Shown piece after piece: positions 8,830-17,830 of a stretch of 64,000 bases of DNA. Source of the DNA: a virus; IMG/VR virus record IMGVR_UViG_3300030107_001446, positions 96,001 through 160,000 of that record. One strand, 5' to 3'. Each line of letters opens with the position of its first letter. Position 1 is the first letter of the stretch. A program made the translations under genes and the position numbers. A model generated the notes under the pieces. It did not search any database and was not told where the DNA came from. It saw only the letters and a list, made by a program, of their open reading frames with translations.

Positions 8830-11526
8830 ATGTCAACCAAGACTGATTTCATGGGCAGAGACACCTACACTTGGTGGGTAGGTGAAGTTGAGGACAACGA
8901 GGATCCTTCCGAGTTAGGTAGGGTCAAGGTACGTATTCTTGGGTGGTATACTGGTGTACAGGGTGAGAAAGCATTTCTAAAAGAAGTCCCGACTGAGATA
9001 CTACCGTGGGCTACTGTACTACTACCATGTGATAAACCACAGACTAAATCTGCTGGTACTACAACAGAATTACAACCAGGTGCATGGGTGCTAGGTTTCT
9101 TCCTTGATGGTGAAGAAGCACAGTTACCATGTGTCTTGGGTTCATTTAGAGGTTTCCAACAGCAGCAGTCAGATGCTGATACCACTATTGCAGACCCTAA
9201 GATAGCAGAGAAGAAGAAGACTAATACTCCAGGACAGAAATCATTAACAGGAGAGCAGCAGAAGGATGGTCACCCTTATCCTAAGGTGCAGACAACTACT
9301 CCTAGTAATACAGATGGTAATGTAGAGGAAGCAAGAGGTGTTATCAGTACTGCGGAGCAAACTGTTCCAGGTAATGTAGTAACTAACCCTATCAAACCAC
9401 CTGTTAATGCTAATGGTATTGCTGATGGTGTTGCAGGTCCAGCAGGTAAAGGATTTGAGACTGACCTAACAAGGATGTTAACTGAGTTAGGTGAGATGGC
9501 AGCATCTATGGGCTCAGGTCCAGGTGGATTCGTCAGTGTTATTACTGGTAATAAGATGGCAGGAGACAAGGTGAGAGAGCACCTTGGTAAGGTAATGAAC
9601 TTCCTGAGCTCAGGTATATCTGGTATCTTAGCACCACTTAAAGAGATGCTTGCTAAACTCATCGCTGAGGTGGTGGGTATGGTTGTTAAGATTATATCTC
9701 AGTTTGTACCTATCGTTGTTATCAATACTATCATGTCATTCTTGACACAGATATTTGATATATTCTGTGCTAAGACACCGATGTGGTTAGGACTGGTGAA
9801 GGGAGCACTGAGTGATACGGCGAACTTCGCTAACCAAATGGCGAGCCTGGCGGTAGATAAGATAGCCAGTAGTACCATAGGTAAAGCGATTGATAGTGCA
9901 GTTAAAGGATTAAGCAACCGTATTCTTAGTGGTATCACTAACGCAATGAATCGTGTTAGAGACGTTACTGGTGATGTAATGTCTGCTGTTAGTGCTGCTA
10001 AGGGATTAGCAGGAGCAGCAAGGGCACTCGGTGATACAGTCAGTATGATTATGGAGTTTGATTTCACATCATTAGATTGGGGAAGTCTACTTCAAATCCT
10101 TCTTGCTATTCTTGGTATGTTATTTAAGAAGAATTGTGGGAGGAAGATAAAACGTCCGAAGTCCAAAGCGTGGTACCCTCTGCTTGGTACCACGGAATGT
10201 GATAACTTAGAGGATGCAGTCAAAGGGACACCATATAAAGATGTTGATGGTCTATTTGATCAAGTAATATCGGGTGCTAACTCATTAACTGCTGCTATCA
10301 CTGGTGCTACCAGTTACATCGACCAGATGTTCCAACAGATAGACCCACAGTTGATGCAGACAGAGACATCACTTAATGGTAGTAAGATTATTAATGATGC
10401 AACTCCAGGTAAAGAGAAGAGGATAGTATCAGGTCCAGGTGGTGTTAGTAGTTTTGAAGACTCATGGGGTAATAGACATACTAATGTACCTAACAATGAG
10501 ACTAAGATTATTGCTAAGGATAAGTGTGAGACTATTAAAGGTAACTATACTCTTACAGTAGAGGGTGACTTCTATCTTAAGGTAATGGGTAACTTCCATG
10601 AGGAAGTAACAGGTGCTAAGAATGAAAATCATTCACAAGGTCCACAGTCAGATTCAGAGGGAGATTCTAAATCACCTGATACGAATACTACTGGTGGTGC
10701 TGTAAATGATGTAGATACTAACGTTACTACAGGTGTTGTAGATTCTGATACACAGTCACAAGCAAATGATTTAGGGTCAGGAGGTAACTTCTTACTCTAT
10801 AAGAGGAATAAAGCATTACAAGAGAAATGCTCAGATGGTTTCTATCCAATAGATCAGATACCATATCCACCTGATGCTGATGAGTGGGGAAGGACACCTA
10901 ATGGTCCTCAATTATCAGGTGATTTAAAAGATGATACTGAGCAGAAGTCTGCTGCTAGAAAGGAAGGTGACCATGATATAGCATATACTGGTGAGGTTAA
11001 GATACAGGGTGCTAAGGTCAGCATGACAGGTATTGAGTCCTTGATGGTTAACTCACAAAACGTTAAGATAGAAGGTAATACTATTGAGAACATTGCTGAT
11101 GGTGAGATAGTCAACCAAGCAAACTGGATTACATCATTCCTAAATGCAGGTAGATTTGAGTTTATTGCTCTATTCAACCCATTCGCTGCTATTACTGGAC
11201 AGTTTAGTCTTGTTAAAGGTGCTATAATTGATATCACATGTGATTTACCATTCCCTGCGGTTGCACCACCAACACAGATAAGGATGTCCATTGGACAGAC
11301 CTTACCAGCTACCATGGCAGATATACTCGCAGGTAGTACCAATGGATTCCATGCCACATTCGTAGCAGCACCAACTGGTGTTATCTCTGAGTTTGTGCCT
11401 ATGGGTACCTTGATAAACCAGGTGGGGACTGGGATGGCATCATATTCTGTAGGTGCAGGTTACTTCGCAGCAGGTTGTGCAGGTGGTCCAACCCAGATAT
11501 ATGGCTTGCCAGTTATGCTAAACTGA
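8830..11526 (+). CDS. gp5: Baseplate hub/spike protein gp5 (OB fold plus beta-helix; no lysozyme domain recognised)
   Basis: WWVGEVEDNEDPSELGRVKVRILGWY...GAWVLGFFLDGEEAQLPCVLGS OB fold; ETIKGNYTLTVEGDFYLKVMGN beta-helix repeats. Confidence 0.9.
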   Translation: MSTKTDFMGRDTYTWWVGEVEDNEDPSELGRVKVRILGWYTGVQGEKAFLKEVPTEILPWATVLLPCDKPQTKSAGTTTELQPGAWVLGFFLDGEEAQLPCVLGSFRGFQQQQSDADTTIADPKIAEKKKTNTPGQKSLTGEQQKDGHPYPKVQTTTPSNTDGNVEEARGVISTAEQTVPGNVVTNPIKPPVNANGIADGVAGPAGKGFETDLTRMLTELGEMAASMGSGPGGFVSVITGNKMAGDKVREHLGKVMNFLSSGISGILAPLKEMLAKLIAEVVGMVVKIISQFVPIVVINTIMSFLTQIFDIFCAKTPMWLGLVKGALSDTANFANQMASLAVDKIASSTIGKAIDSAVKGLSNRILSGITNAMNRVRDVTGDVMSAVSAAKGLAGAARALGDTVSMIMEFDFTSLDWGSLLQILLAILGMLFKKNCGRKIKRPKSKAWYPLLGTTECDNLEDAVKGTPYKDVDGLFDQVISGANSLTAAITGATSYIDQMFQQIDPQLMQTETSLNGSKIINDATPGKEKRIVSGPGGVSSFEDSWGNRHTNVPNNETKIIAKDKCETIKGNYTLTVEGDFYLKVMGNFHEEVTGAKNENHSQGPQSDSEGDSKSPDTNTTGGAVNDVDTNVTTGVVDSDTQSQANDLGSGGNFLLYKRNKALQEKCSDGFYPIDQIPYPPDADEWGRTPNGPQLSGDLKDDTEQKSAARKEGDHDIAYTGEVKIQGAKVSMTGIESLMVNSQNVKIEGNTIENIADGEIVNQANWITSFLNAGRFEFIALFNPFAAITGQFSLVKGAIIDITCDLPFPAVAPPTQIRMSIGQTLPATMADILAGSTNGFHATFVAAPTGVISEFVPMGTLINQVGTGMASYSVGAGYFAAGCAGGPTQIYGLPVMLN

Positions 11527-11534
11527 TGTATACT
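11506..11534 (+). promoter_or_regulatory. Sigma70-type promoter
   Basis: TTGCCA-17 nt-TATACT upstream of 11557. Confidence 0.7.
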
Positions 11535-11556
11535 ATGGGATACATACACTAGACCT

Positions 11557-11760
11557 ATGGACATCACTGGTGATACCGAAACCTACCTCGAACACGTATT
11601 TGTTAATATTTCAAAGCGTGAAGTAAAGATCATGGACAATGAAGGATACGATGAGGTAATTTCTTGGAAGTTTGATGGTGAGGGGATGGAGGGTTTCGAG
11701 GAAACTCTTGCTCATTTCCGTGAGACTATACCAGAAGATATGATTACGTACACAGCATGA
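11557..11760 (+). CDS. Conserved cyanophage hypothetical protein (67 aa)
   Basis: ORF after sigma70 promoter; acidic; ATGA overlap with next gene. Confidence 0.7.
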   Translation: MDITGDTETYLEHVFVNISKREVKIMDNEGYDEVISWKFDGEGMEGFEETLAHFRETIPEDMITYTA

Positions 11761-12023
11761 ATATAATAGCATTAGACCAAAAAGAATTTGCAGAGAATGT
11801 AGATTTCTCTCTATCTCTAGCATCTAAGGGTCATACCCTTAAGATAACAACTCCTAGTGGAATTGTGTTGTTAATCTCACCTGTGGCCTCTGAAGTCAGA
11901 GACCCAGAGAATCCAGAGATAAATATCCCAAGTCCTGAGGATTTTAAACCTGACCCAGTAGGGACACAGGCATATGTCACTCAAGCACTATCTGAAATGG
12001 CTCCAGGAGGTAAACTATTATGA
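11757..12023 (+). CDS. Hypothetical protein (88 aa)
   Basis: Translationally coupled ORF in operon. Confidence 0.65.
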   Translation: MNIIALDQKEFAENVDFSLSLASKGHTLKITTPSGIVLLISPVASEVRDPENPEINIPSPEDFKPDPVGTQAYVTQALSEMAPGGKLL

Positions 12024-12151
12024 AACTACGTGAATCAGAAACCATAAGAAAATCGTGGACACAGACAGATTCCAAAGGCCGAAAAACAGTTTGGGAGTGG
12101 GATGAAACTCCTGAGCTACGTGCATACATTAAAAAGCAAGAATCAAAATGA
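12020..12151 (+). CDS. Small hypothetical protein (43 aa, MKLRESET...WEWDETPELRAYI)
   Basis: Manual translation; SD GGAGG at about 12006; ATGA overlaps at both ends. Confidence 0.65.
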   Translation: MKLRESETIRKSWTQTDSKGRKTVWEWDETPELRAYIKKQESK

Positions 12152-12867
12152 AAATATTCCTCGATACTGCTGAGACTTCCATCATTAGAGGGGAGTTTGC
12201 AACAGGTCTCGTTGATGGGGTAACAACTAACCCCACACTTATTATGAAGTCAGGTAGAAATCCAGAGGATGTCTATTCTGAAATAAAGGACATTGGTGTA
12301 CCAGATATCTCTATGGAGGTAGTGGGTGATGCCGAAGAAATGTTACAGGAAGGTTTACGTTTATCAAAGAAATTTGGTGACGTTGCTACAATAAAAGTAC
12401 CATGCACTAGAGAAGGACTCGGAGCATGTAAAATTCTATCAGAAGAGGGAATCAAAGTTAATGTTACGCTTATATTCAATGCTGCTCAGGCTATCTTATC
12501 TGCAAAGGCAGGTGCTACGTACGTCTCTCCTTTTATTGGGAGGTTGGATGACAATAGCGTGGCTGGATTGGAGGTTGTCAGATCAATAAGTGAAGTGTAT
12601 AGAGTGCAAGGAGCAAAGACTCAAATACTTGCAGCATCTATTCGTGACGCATATAAGGTGACTCGCTCATTCTGGAATGGTGCACACGTTGTTACCATGC
12701 CACCTAAAATATTCAGTAACTTATATAAGCATGTGCTTACTGATAAGGGATTAGAATTATTTGATGCTGATTGGGCAGAAGTCCAGAATACTATTAATCG
12801 GGAACCCTTCCAACCACCTGCATATGCAGCAGGTTTAAGACATGGTGGAGATTTAGATGCTATCTAG
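12148..12867 (+). CDS. talC: Transaldolase TalC (phage AMG)
   Basis: MKIFLDTA, GVTTNPTLI, IKVP, VNVTLIF, AGATYVSPFIGRLDD, ILAASIR. Confidence 0.97.
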   Translation: MKIFLDTAETSIIRGEFATGLVDGVTTNPTLIMKSGRNPEDVYSEIKDIGVPDISMEVVGDAEEMLQEGLRLSKKFGDVATIKVPCTREGLGACKILSEEGIKVNVTLIFNAAQAILSAKAGATYVSPFIGRLDDNSVAGLEVVRSISEVYRVQGAKTQILAASIRDAYKVTRSFWNGAHVVTMPPKIFSNLYKHVLTDKGLELFDADWAEVQNTINREPFQPPAYAAGLRHGGDLDAI

Positions 12868-13324
12868 TGAAGGAGTTGAATTTATACAACAATATTATCC
12901 CATTCCTGATGTGACATGGGATGATGTAATCCAGAAACTAGATGAAGATGTATTAGATGGAGATTGGGGGTATTCTAACGAGAAATGGCCTGATAAAATT
13001 CTCCCAGTAATAGTTGGCACAGGACAATATGTCCCACCTAATATAATGCCAATATACGAAGCAGTAATAGAGGATGTAGGTATGAATTGTATGCATACCT
13101 ATATTTCCTTCAGTAAATTATCAGATACGTTCGGTCGTCATAATGATGACATGGACGTTTTTATTGTACAAGCAATAGGAGAAACCTCATACAAATTTGA
13201 TACTGGTGTATGTCATAGGTTAAGACCTGGAGATGCTATCTTCATACCTGCCTATGTTTATCATCACCCATTTAATCATGGACCTAGAGTATCACTTAGT
13301 TTTTCAACCGATGGAAGATATTAA
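12857..13324 (+). CDS. JmjC/cupin-like Fe(II)/2OG oxygenase
   Basis: FGRHNDDMDVFIVQAIG (HxD) and LRPGDAIFIPAYVYHH (distal His). Confidence 0.8.
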   Translation: MLSSEGVEFIQQYYPIPDVTWDDVIQKLDEDVLDGDWGYSNEKWPDKILPVIVGTGQYVPPNIMPIYEAVIEDVGMNCMHTYISFSKLSDTFGRHNDDMDVFIVQAIGETSYKFDTGVCHRLRPGDAIFIPAYVYHHPFNHGPRVSLSFSTDGRY

Positions 13325-13466
13325 TTGGAGTTATGACGAACTCAAAAAGGCACTACTTGACAGTGCAGCAGACTATGATAGAATAGTTAGGAAAATGGAT
13401 AAAGATAATGACAGGACTAAAGTCGAAACTGAAGAGGGAGAAACTCAGAGCTCAAGTGAAGAGTAG
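13311..13466 (+). CDS. Small hypothetical protein (51 aa; start moved to ATG 13311)
   Basis: MEDINWSYDELKKALL...; the longer track start overlaps the upstream gene heavily. Confidence 0.5.
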   Translation: MEDINWSYDELKKALLDSAADYDRIVRKMDKDNDRTKVETEEGETQSSSEE

Positions 13467-13680
13467 ATGGTATTATATTTTCTGGGGTGCATGCACTGTA
13501 TCAGTTTTCGCAGGACAAATTTACGTTGGTTACGGATTTCGTCGTATGGCCGACTCTTTGAATAGATGGTTTGATGAAACTATTCAAATAATTCAACCAA
13601 AGACTCCACGTGGATTTTACTTACCAATCGTGCCACCACCAACAGGTGACTTTCACGAAGATGATATCGTGATTAGATAA
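13408..13680 (+). CDS. Conserved cyanophage small membrane protein (90 aa)
   Basis: Basic N-terminus then TM helix WYYIFWGACTVSVFAGQIYVG. Confidence 0.7.
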   Translation: MTGLKSKLKREKLRAQVKSRWYYIFWGACTVSVFAGQIYVGYGFRRMADSLNRWFDETIQIIQPKTPRGFYLPIVPPPTGDFHEDDIVIR

Positions 13681-13707
13681 AAAAAACCCCCATAAGGGGG
13701 TCTTTTT
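13679..13707. terminator. Bidirectional intrinsic terminator
   Basis: A8-CCCCC-ATAA-GGGGG-TC-T5 between convergent genes. Confidence 0.85.
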
Positions 13708-13758
13708 CTATGCAGTTTCGCTTAACTCCTGTGATTTAAGTATAAAACATTTGACTTC

Positions 13759-13923
13759 TTAGCAAAGAAGACTTTGACATATTCTTTTTGCTTCTGGACT
13801 CATTGCATCTATCATACAAGCGAAGTATTCATCAATATTCTCCTCTTGTGATGTGAAATCGCAACGATTATTGTCGAAATGCTTCCACTCAGCTAGTTGA
13901 TTTTGCGAAATTATATTATGCAT
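13759..13923 (-). CDS. Small Cys-containing cyanophage protein (54 aa, MHNIISQNQLAEWKHF...YFACMID...KRICQSLLC)
   Basis: Manual translation; ATAAATA on the minus strand at 14006-14000; ends near the bidirectional terminator. Confidence 0.75.
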   Translation of the reverse strand: MHNIISQNQLAEWKHFDNNRCDFTSQEENIDEYFACMIDAMSPEAKRICQSLLC

Positions 13924-14062
13924 AGTTTTTGAAATTAAAGTTTAATTGAAACATGATATATACCTTTTAGGTCATCTTGTTATCCTCTAATTCTACCACT
14001 ATTTATGTGTTGGTATCAACAAATACATCAGGATATTAACAAAAATAAATGCCTACGTACTT

Positions 14063-14212
14063 ATGCCTAATCCAAATCAACTATACGAAGACATGGAGCA
14101 GCTCAATATGCTCTACGAAGAACTCTGTTGGGATCCCGATGATGAGTTAGATATGAAAGCAGATTATGCCAATGACTGCATCATTATCACCAATAAAAAT
14201 AGGCAGTTATAA
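14063..14212 (+). CDS. Small conserved cyanophage protein (49 aa, MPNPNQLYEDME...LYEELCWDPDD)
   Basis: Manual translation; recognisable recurrent cyanophage ORF. Confidence 0.7.
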   Translation: MPNPNQLYEDMEQLNMLYEELCWDPDDELDMKADYANDCIIITNKNRQL

Positions 14213-14216
14213 GCCT

Positions 14217-14224
14217 TATAAATA
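14217..14224 (+). promoter_or_regulatory. T4-type late promoter
   Basis: Exact TATAAATA 28 nt upstream of a structural gene. Confidence 0.8.
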
Positions 14225-14252
14225 AAACTGTAGCAAATTGTCTTGAATTTCA

Positions 14253-15593
14253 GTGGCAACTAAAAGAATATCACAGTTAGAAACAATCTCTAATGATTTG
14301 GTAACTGGTGAAGCTATAATGCCTATTGTTATCTCTGACCCGCTAATACCGAATAGAAAAGCAAAGATTAATCAACTTTTCCGTGGAGTGAGTGCAGGAT
14401 CACAGACAGCCCCAGGAATAGCCTTCGACCTAGACCGAGACACAGGAGTGTACCAATCTGCAATAGATGAGATTGGATTAACTTTTGGCTCTGCTGCTTT
14501 GTACAATAGCAGAAGAGCAAATACCGATGGTAGTAGTACCTTATTGATTAGGGGAATTGATACTGCATCGGCAACTTCTAATATAGAGATGCAACCTCAA
14601 GGTAGTGGATATTTCACAGTTGCAGCACCTATAATCCAGACTGATGTTAACTTCTTACTTTCAGGTGACCAAAACCCTGCTAAGAGAGCACAGTTTAACG
14701 TAGATAATATTTCTACACAGTCAGGTACAAGAAGATTTGATTTACCTAATGTTGGTGTTAATACATCTACTACATTAGTTGCTAATGATACTTTTCAGAC
14801 ATTAACTAATAAGACTATCCTTATAAAGGATGCTGAGCTACAGATTACAGGTACCACTGATACAGCAAAGATAGCAAAGTTTGAAACTGACGCATGGGAA
14901 TCACCAGGTTCTCACACATATAAACTACCTGACTTTGGTGCATCACAGACACAATCTACATTACTTGATGACATAACAGCTCAGAATGTATTCAACAAGA
15001 ATATGGTTAACCCCACATTCTCTAATACACCTTCTGATGATGAGAATAATCCTACACGTTATGTAATATTCGATGCATCAAATCTAACTCAGGATAGGAC
15101 AGTAGTATTTCCTGACTTGAATACAGTAATTGTAGGTACTGAATCAACACAGATTTTAAGTAATAAGGTATATCAAGGAGCAGTTTTTGCAGATACTGAC
15201 CCTGCTGATGGATTAGGTAGAAAGATTCAATTAGATCTATCTAATATAGAGGATAACCAAACATATGTCTTTGGTTTCCCAGATAACCCACCAGAAGCAC
15301 CTTTAAATACTTCGGGTACAAACATCTTAGTGTCAGAGTTAAAGACACAAACTTTGAAGAATAAAACCTTCGAGCTTGCTAAGATAAATAACCCAGATAA
15401 TGTCAATGGAATAGTATCATTTGACATGTCAAATATTACTGAGGCAGTAAACATTCAATTCCCGAATGCTGATGCTACATTGTTATCTACGAATAACATC
15501 TCAGAAGTTGCTATTACCTTCGGTGGAGCACTAGCAGCACCTGTCTTAGGAGGACAGATAAGACTACAACAACATTTCATGTCAGGATGGTAA
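14253..15593 (+). CDS. Virion structural protein (446 aa, GTG start)
   Basis: MATKRISQL N-terminus and internal repeats (TLTNKTIL / ILSNKVY / TLKNKTF) typical of cyanophage tail-associated proteins. Confidence 0.7.
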   Translation: MATKRISQLETISNDLVTGEAIMPIVISDPLIPNRKAKINQLFRGVSAGSQTAPGIAFDLDRDTGVYQSAIDEIGLTFGSAALYNSRRANTDGSSTLLIRGIDTASATSNIEMQPQGSGYFTVAAPIIQTDVNFLLSGDQNPAKRAQFNVDNISTQSGTRRFDLPNVGVNTSTTLVANDTFQTLTNKTILIKDAELQITGTTDTAKIAKFETDAWESPGSHTYKLPDFGASQTQSTLLDDITAQNVFNKNMVNPTFSNTPSDDENNPTRYVIFDASNLTQDRTVVFPDLNTVIVGTESTQILSNKVYQGAVFADTDPADGLGRKIQLDLSNIEDNQTYVFGFPDNPPEAPLNTSGTNILVSELKTQTLKNKTFELAKINNPDNVNGIVSFDMSNITEAVNIQFPNADATLLSTNNISEVAITFGGALAAPVLGGQIRLQQHFMSGW

Positions 15594-15600
15594 TTAACAA

Positions 15601-17793
15601 ATGACAGCAGGAAGACTAGCCGCTGACAAACCAGGGGCAACCACAAATACAGTACTATATCGATGCAATACGGAGAGATCAGCAAGCACAGTTTTAAATG
15701 TTTGCAATCAATCAGGTAGTGCTGCTACATATAGGACTGCACTTAGGGATTATGACCAAGTGCTACATTTGGATGGATTAAACTCATCCGCATACAAGTT
15801 TCAAAAGGGTAACCCGCTATCAGCATATAAGTTGACCCTTAACCCAGGATTTACAATGAGTAATGCTATTCCTGGTACTACATTTACTACCACTAACGGT
15901 GCAACCGCAAAGTTATTAGATGTATTCAAACCTACTGACATCGCTGTTTACTACACTAAAGTCCTACCAGTTTCTTCTACTCCTTTACAAGCAGACTCAC
16001 AGGCAGGTACATTCGACGGTGGAGAAACCCTGACAGGCTCTACCTCTGGATTTACTGCTAACTTTAGAGGAAGTGTAGGTCCTACAATGTATATTGAATA
16101 TGCAGATATAGCATCTGGTGCTACTTCCGTAAAGATATCTCGTAATACTGGTCTTGCAGATGGAATGTATATCACCATTGGTGGTGTTACTGCTGCTGAA
16201 ATTGTAACTATCAATGCTTCAGGTATTGATACACTGACTAATACTCTTACTATTACAAGAGGTGCTCTTGGTACCACTGCTGCTGCTATTGTGGCAGGGT
16301 CACAGGTTAATGCATGGTCTGAATCTGCAACAACATCAACTATTGATGAGGGTGCAACATATGCAGCTGGTGACCAAACTCTAACAGTCGCTGACTCTAC
16401 TGGATTCATTGGTGGTGGTGTTATCAAAGTTGATAACGAGATAATGACCATTGATGCAGTCAACGGTAATGATTTAAGTGTAAGTAGAGGTCGTTATGGT
16501 ACTGCTGATGTTGACCACAACAACGGTGTTGCTGTTACTCTTTTAACAGATAACGGTGTATATCTCTTAAACTATTGGACAGAAGCGGAGACAATAACTG
16601 GATCCTCATCTAACGCAACAGCAATTCTAGGATTCCCAGGTAACGCTGCTGCTCAGATTGACAATAAGTATTGTATATCACAGACAAGTGCAGTCGCAAC
16701 TGACCACGTTTTAGCTGATGCTCCTACATTCAATATTGACAGGACATATAAGTATGACCTATCAGATGCTACATGTAGTAACTACCCACTGAAATTCTCA
16801 GCAGATGATGCTGAAGGTACTAATGGCTCAGGTACTGAGTATACAGCAGGAGTAAGTAAGGTAGGTACCGCAGGTACAGCAGGAGCATATACTTCAGTTG
16901 AAATTACTGATACTACTTCCAACTTACTATTCTCCTATGCAGATGGTTCCCCTGCTGGATCTACAACTGGGGTTGGTTTCCAAGCATCAGTCCAGTCAGA
17001 CCCAACATACACAGACATATATGTTTATGATGTTGGTGGTGAAGCACTCGCTGCTGCTGACACATTTACTATTAACCAGATTACTCAAACTATTGAGGCA
17101 AATGGTGTTGAAGTAGGACCTTATGGATATGTCCAAGAATGGTATCCAATGTCATGTCATCTTAAAGTTACTTTAGGAGAAGGGTCACAGGCATTTGCTG
17201 TTAATGATGCATTCTATGATACTCCTACTCTTAATAATGGTACAAGAGTAATTACCACTGTTAGAGATGGTAAGATGCTAACGTTTAATAACGTTGGTGC
17301 TGCTGATGGCTCAAGGACACAGGGTACATACACAAGTATTTCTCCTAACTCAACAGGTGGGTCTGGAGACATTGCATCTACCAAGGTAACTGTTGTGGTA
17401 GATGGATCTGGAGCAGCGACTATCACCCTATTAGATGGTGGGTATGGTCATGCTGGATCAGATACTCTCACTATCAATGACTCTCAGTTAGGTGGTGGTG
17501 GAGGTGCTGCATTAACATTTGATGTGGCAACTATCAGTACTGGTATTCATACAGACCAGACAGGAATATATGATGCTGAGGATTATTTCTTCTATGGTAA
17601 AGCAATAGATGCAAATGTTACCGATAAAAACAGTTCTATTATAGTTGGACCTGGACAGAATTTACTTGTATATTCTAGTGCAGCAGATCTTAGTTATGTG
17701 GTTAATGGATTTGAAACAAACTCAGATGACTTCCCAGTGGTACAATTGACTAAAGTCGCTACTGGTGGTGGCGGTGGTGGTGCTGCACCTTAA
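15601..17793 (+). CDS. Virion structural protein (730 aa)
   Basis: Thr/Gly/Ala-rich beta repeats (IDNEIMT...SRGRYGT), late-operon context. Confidence 0.7.
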   Translation: MTAGRLAADKPGATTNTVLYRCNTERSASTVLNVCNQSGSAATYRTALRDYDQVLHLDGLNSSAYKFQKGNPLSAYKLTLNPGFTMSNAIPGTTFTTTNGATAKLLDVFKPTDIAVYYTKVLPVSSTPLQADSQAGTFDGGETLTGSTSGFTANFRGSVGPTMYIEYADIASGATSVKISRNTGLADGMYITIGGVTAAEIVTINASGIDTLTNTLTITRGALGTTAAAIVAGSQVNAWSESATTSTIDEGATYAAGDQTLTVADSTGFIGGGVIKVDNEIMTIDAVNGNDLSVSRGRYGTADVDHNNGVAVTLLTDNGVYLLNYWTEAETITGSSSNATAILGFPGNAAAQIDNKYCISQTSAVATDHVLADAPTFNIDRTYKYDLSDATCSNYPLKFSADDAEGTNGSGTEYTAGVSKVGTAGTAGAYTSVEITDTTSNLLFSYADGSPAGSTTGVGFQASVQSDPTYTDIYVYDVGGEALAAADTFTINQITQTIEANGVEVGPYGYVQEWYPMSCHLKVTLGEGSQAFAVNDAFYDTPTLNNGTRVITTVRDGKMLTFNNVGAADGSRTQGTYTSISPNSTGGSGDIASTKVTVVVDGSGAATITLLDGGYGHAGSDTLTINDSQLGGGGGAALTFDVATISTGIHTDQTGIYDAEDYFFYGKAIDANVTDKNSSIIVGPGQNLLVYSSAADLSYVVNGFETNSDDFPVVQLTKVATGGGGGGAAP

Positions 17794-17801
17794 TATTGCA
17801 C

Positions 17802-17808
17802 CTAAATA
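17802..17808 (+). promoter_or_regulatory. Late promoter (CTAAATA)
   Basis: TAAATA core upstream of 17831; similar cores at 7150, 8804, 21400, 22295, 23131, 24784, 50879. Confidence 0.65.
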
Positions 17809-17830
17809 ACTACATCAAGGATAATAATAA

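Noticed and set aside
14013-14026. GTA-N8-TAC (NtcA-like site) in the divergent intergenic region
   Set aside because: It has only six specified bases (roughly 20 expected by chance per 64 kb) and lacks a -10 box at the canonical 22-23 nt distance; kept only as a weak possibility.
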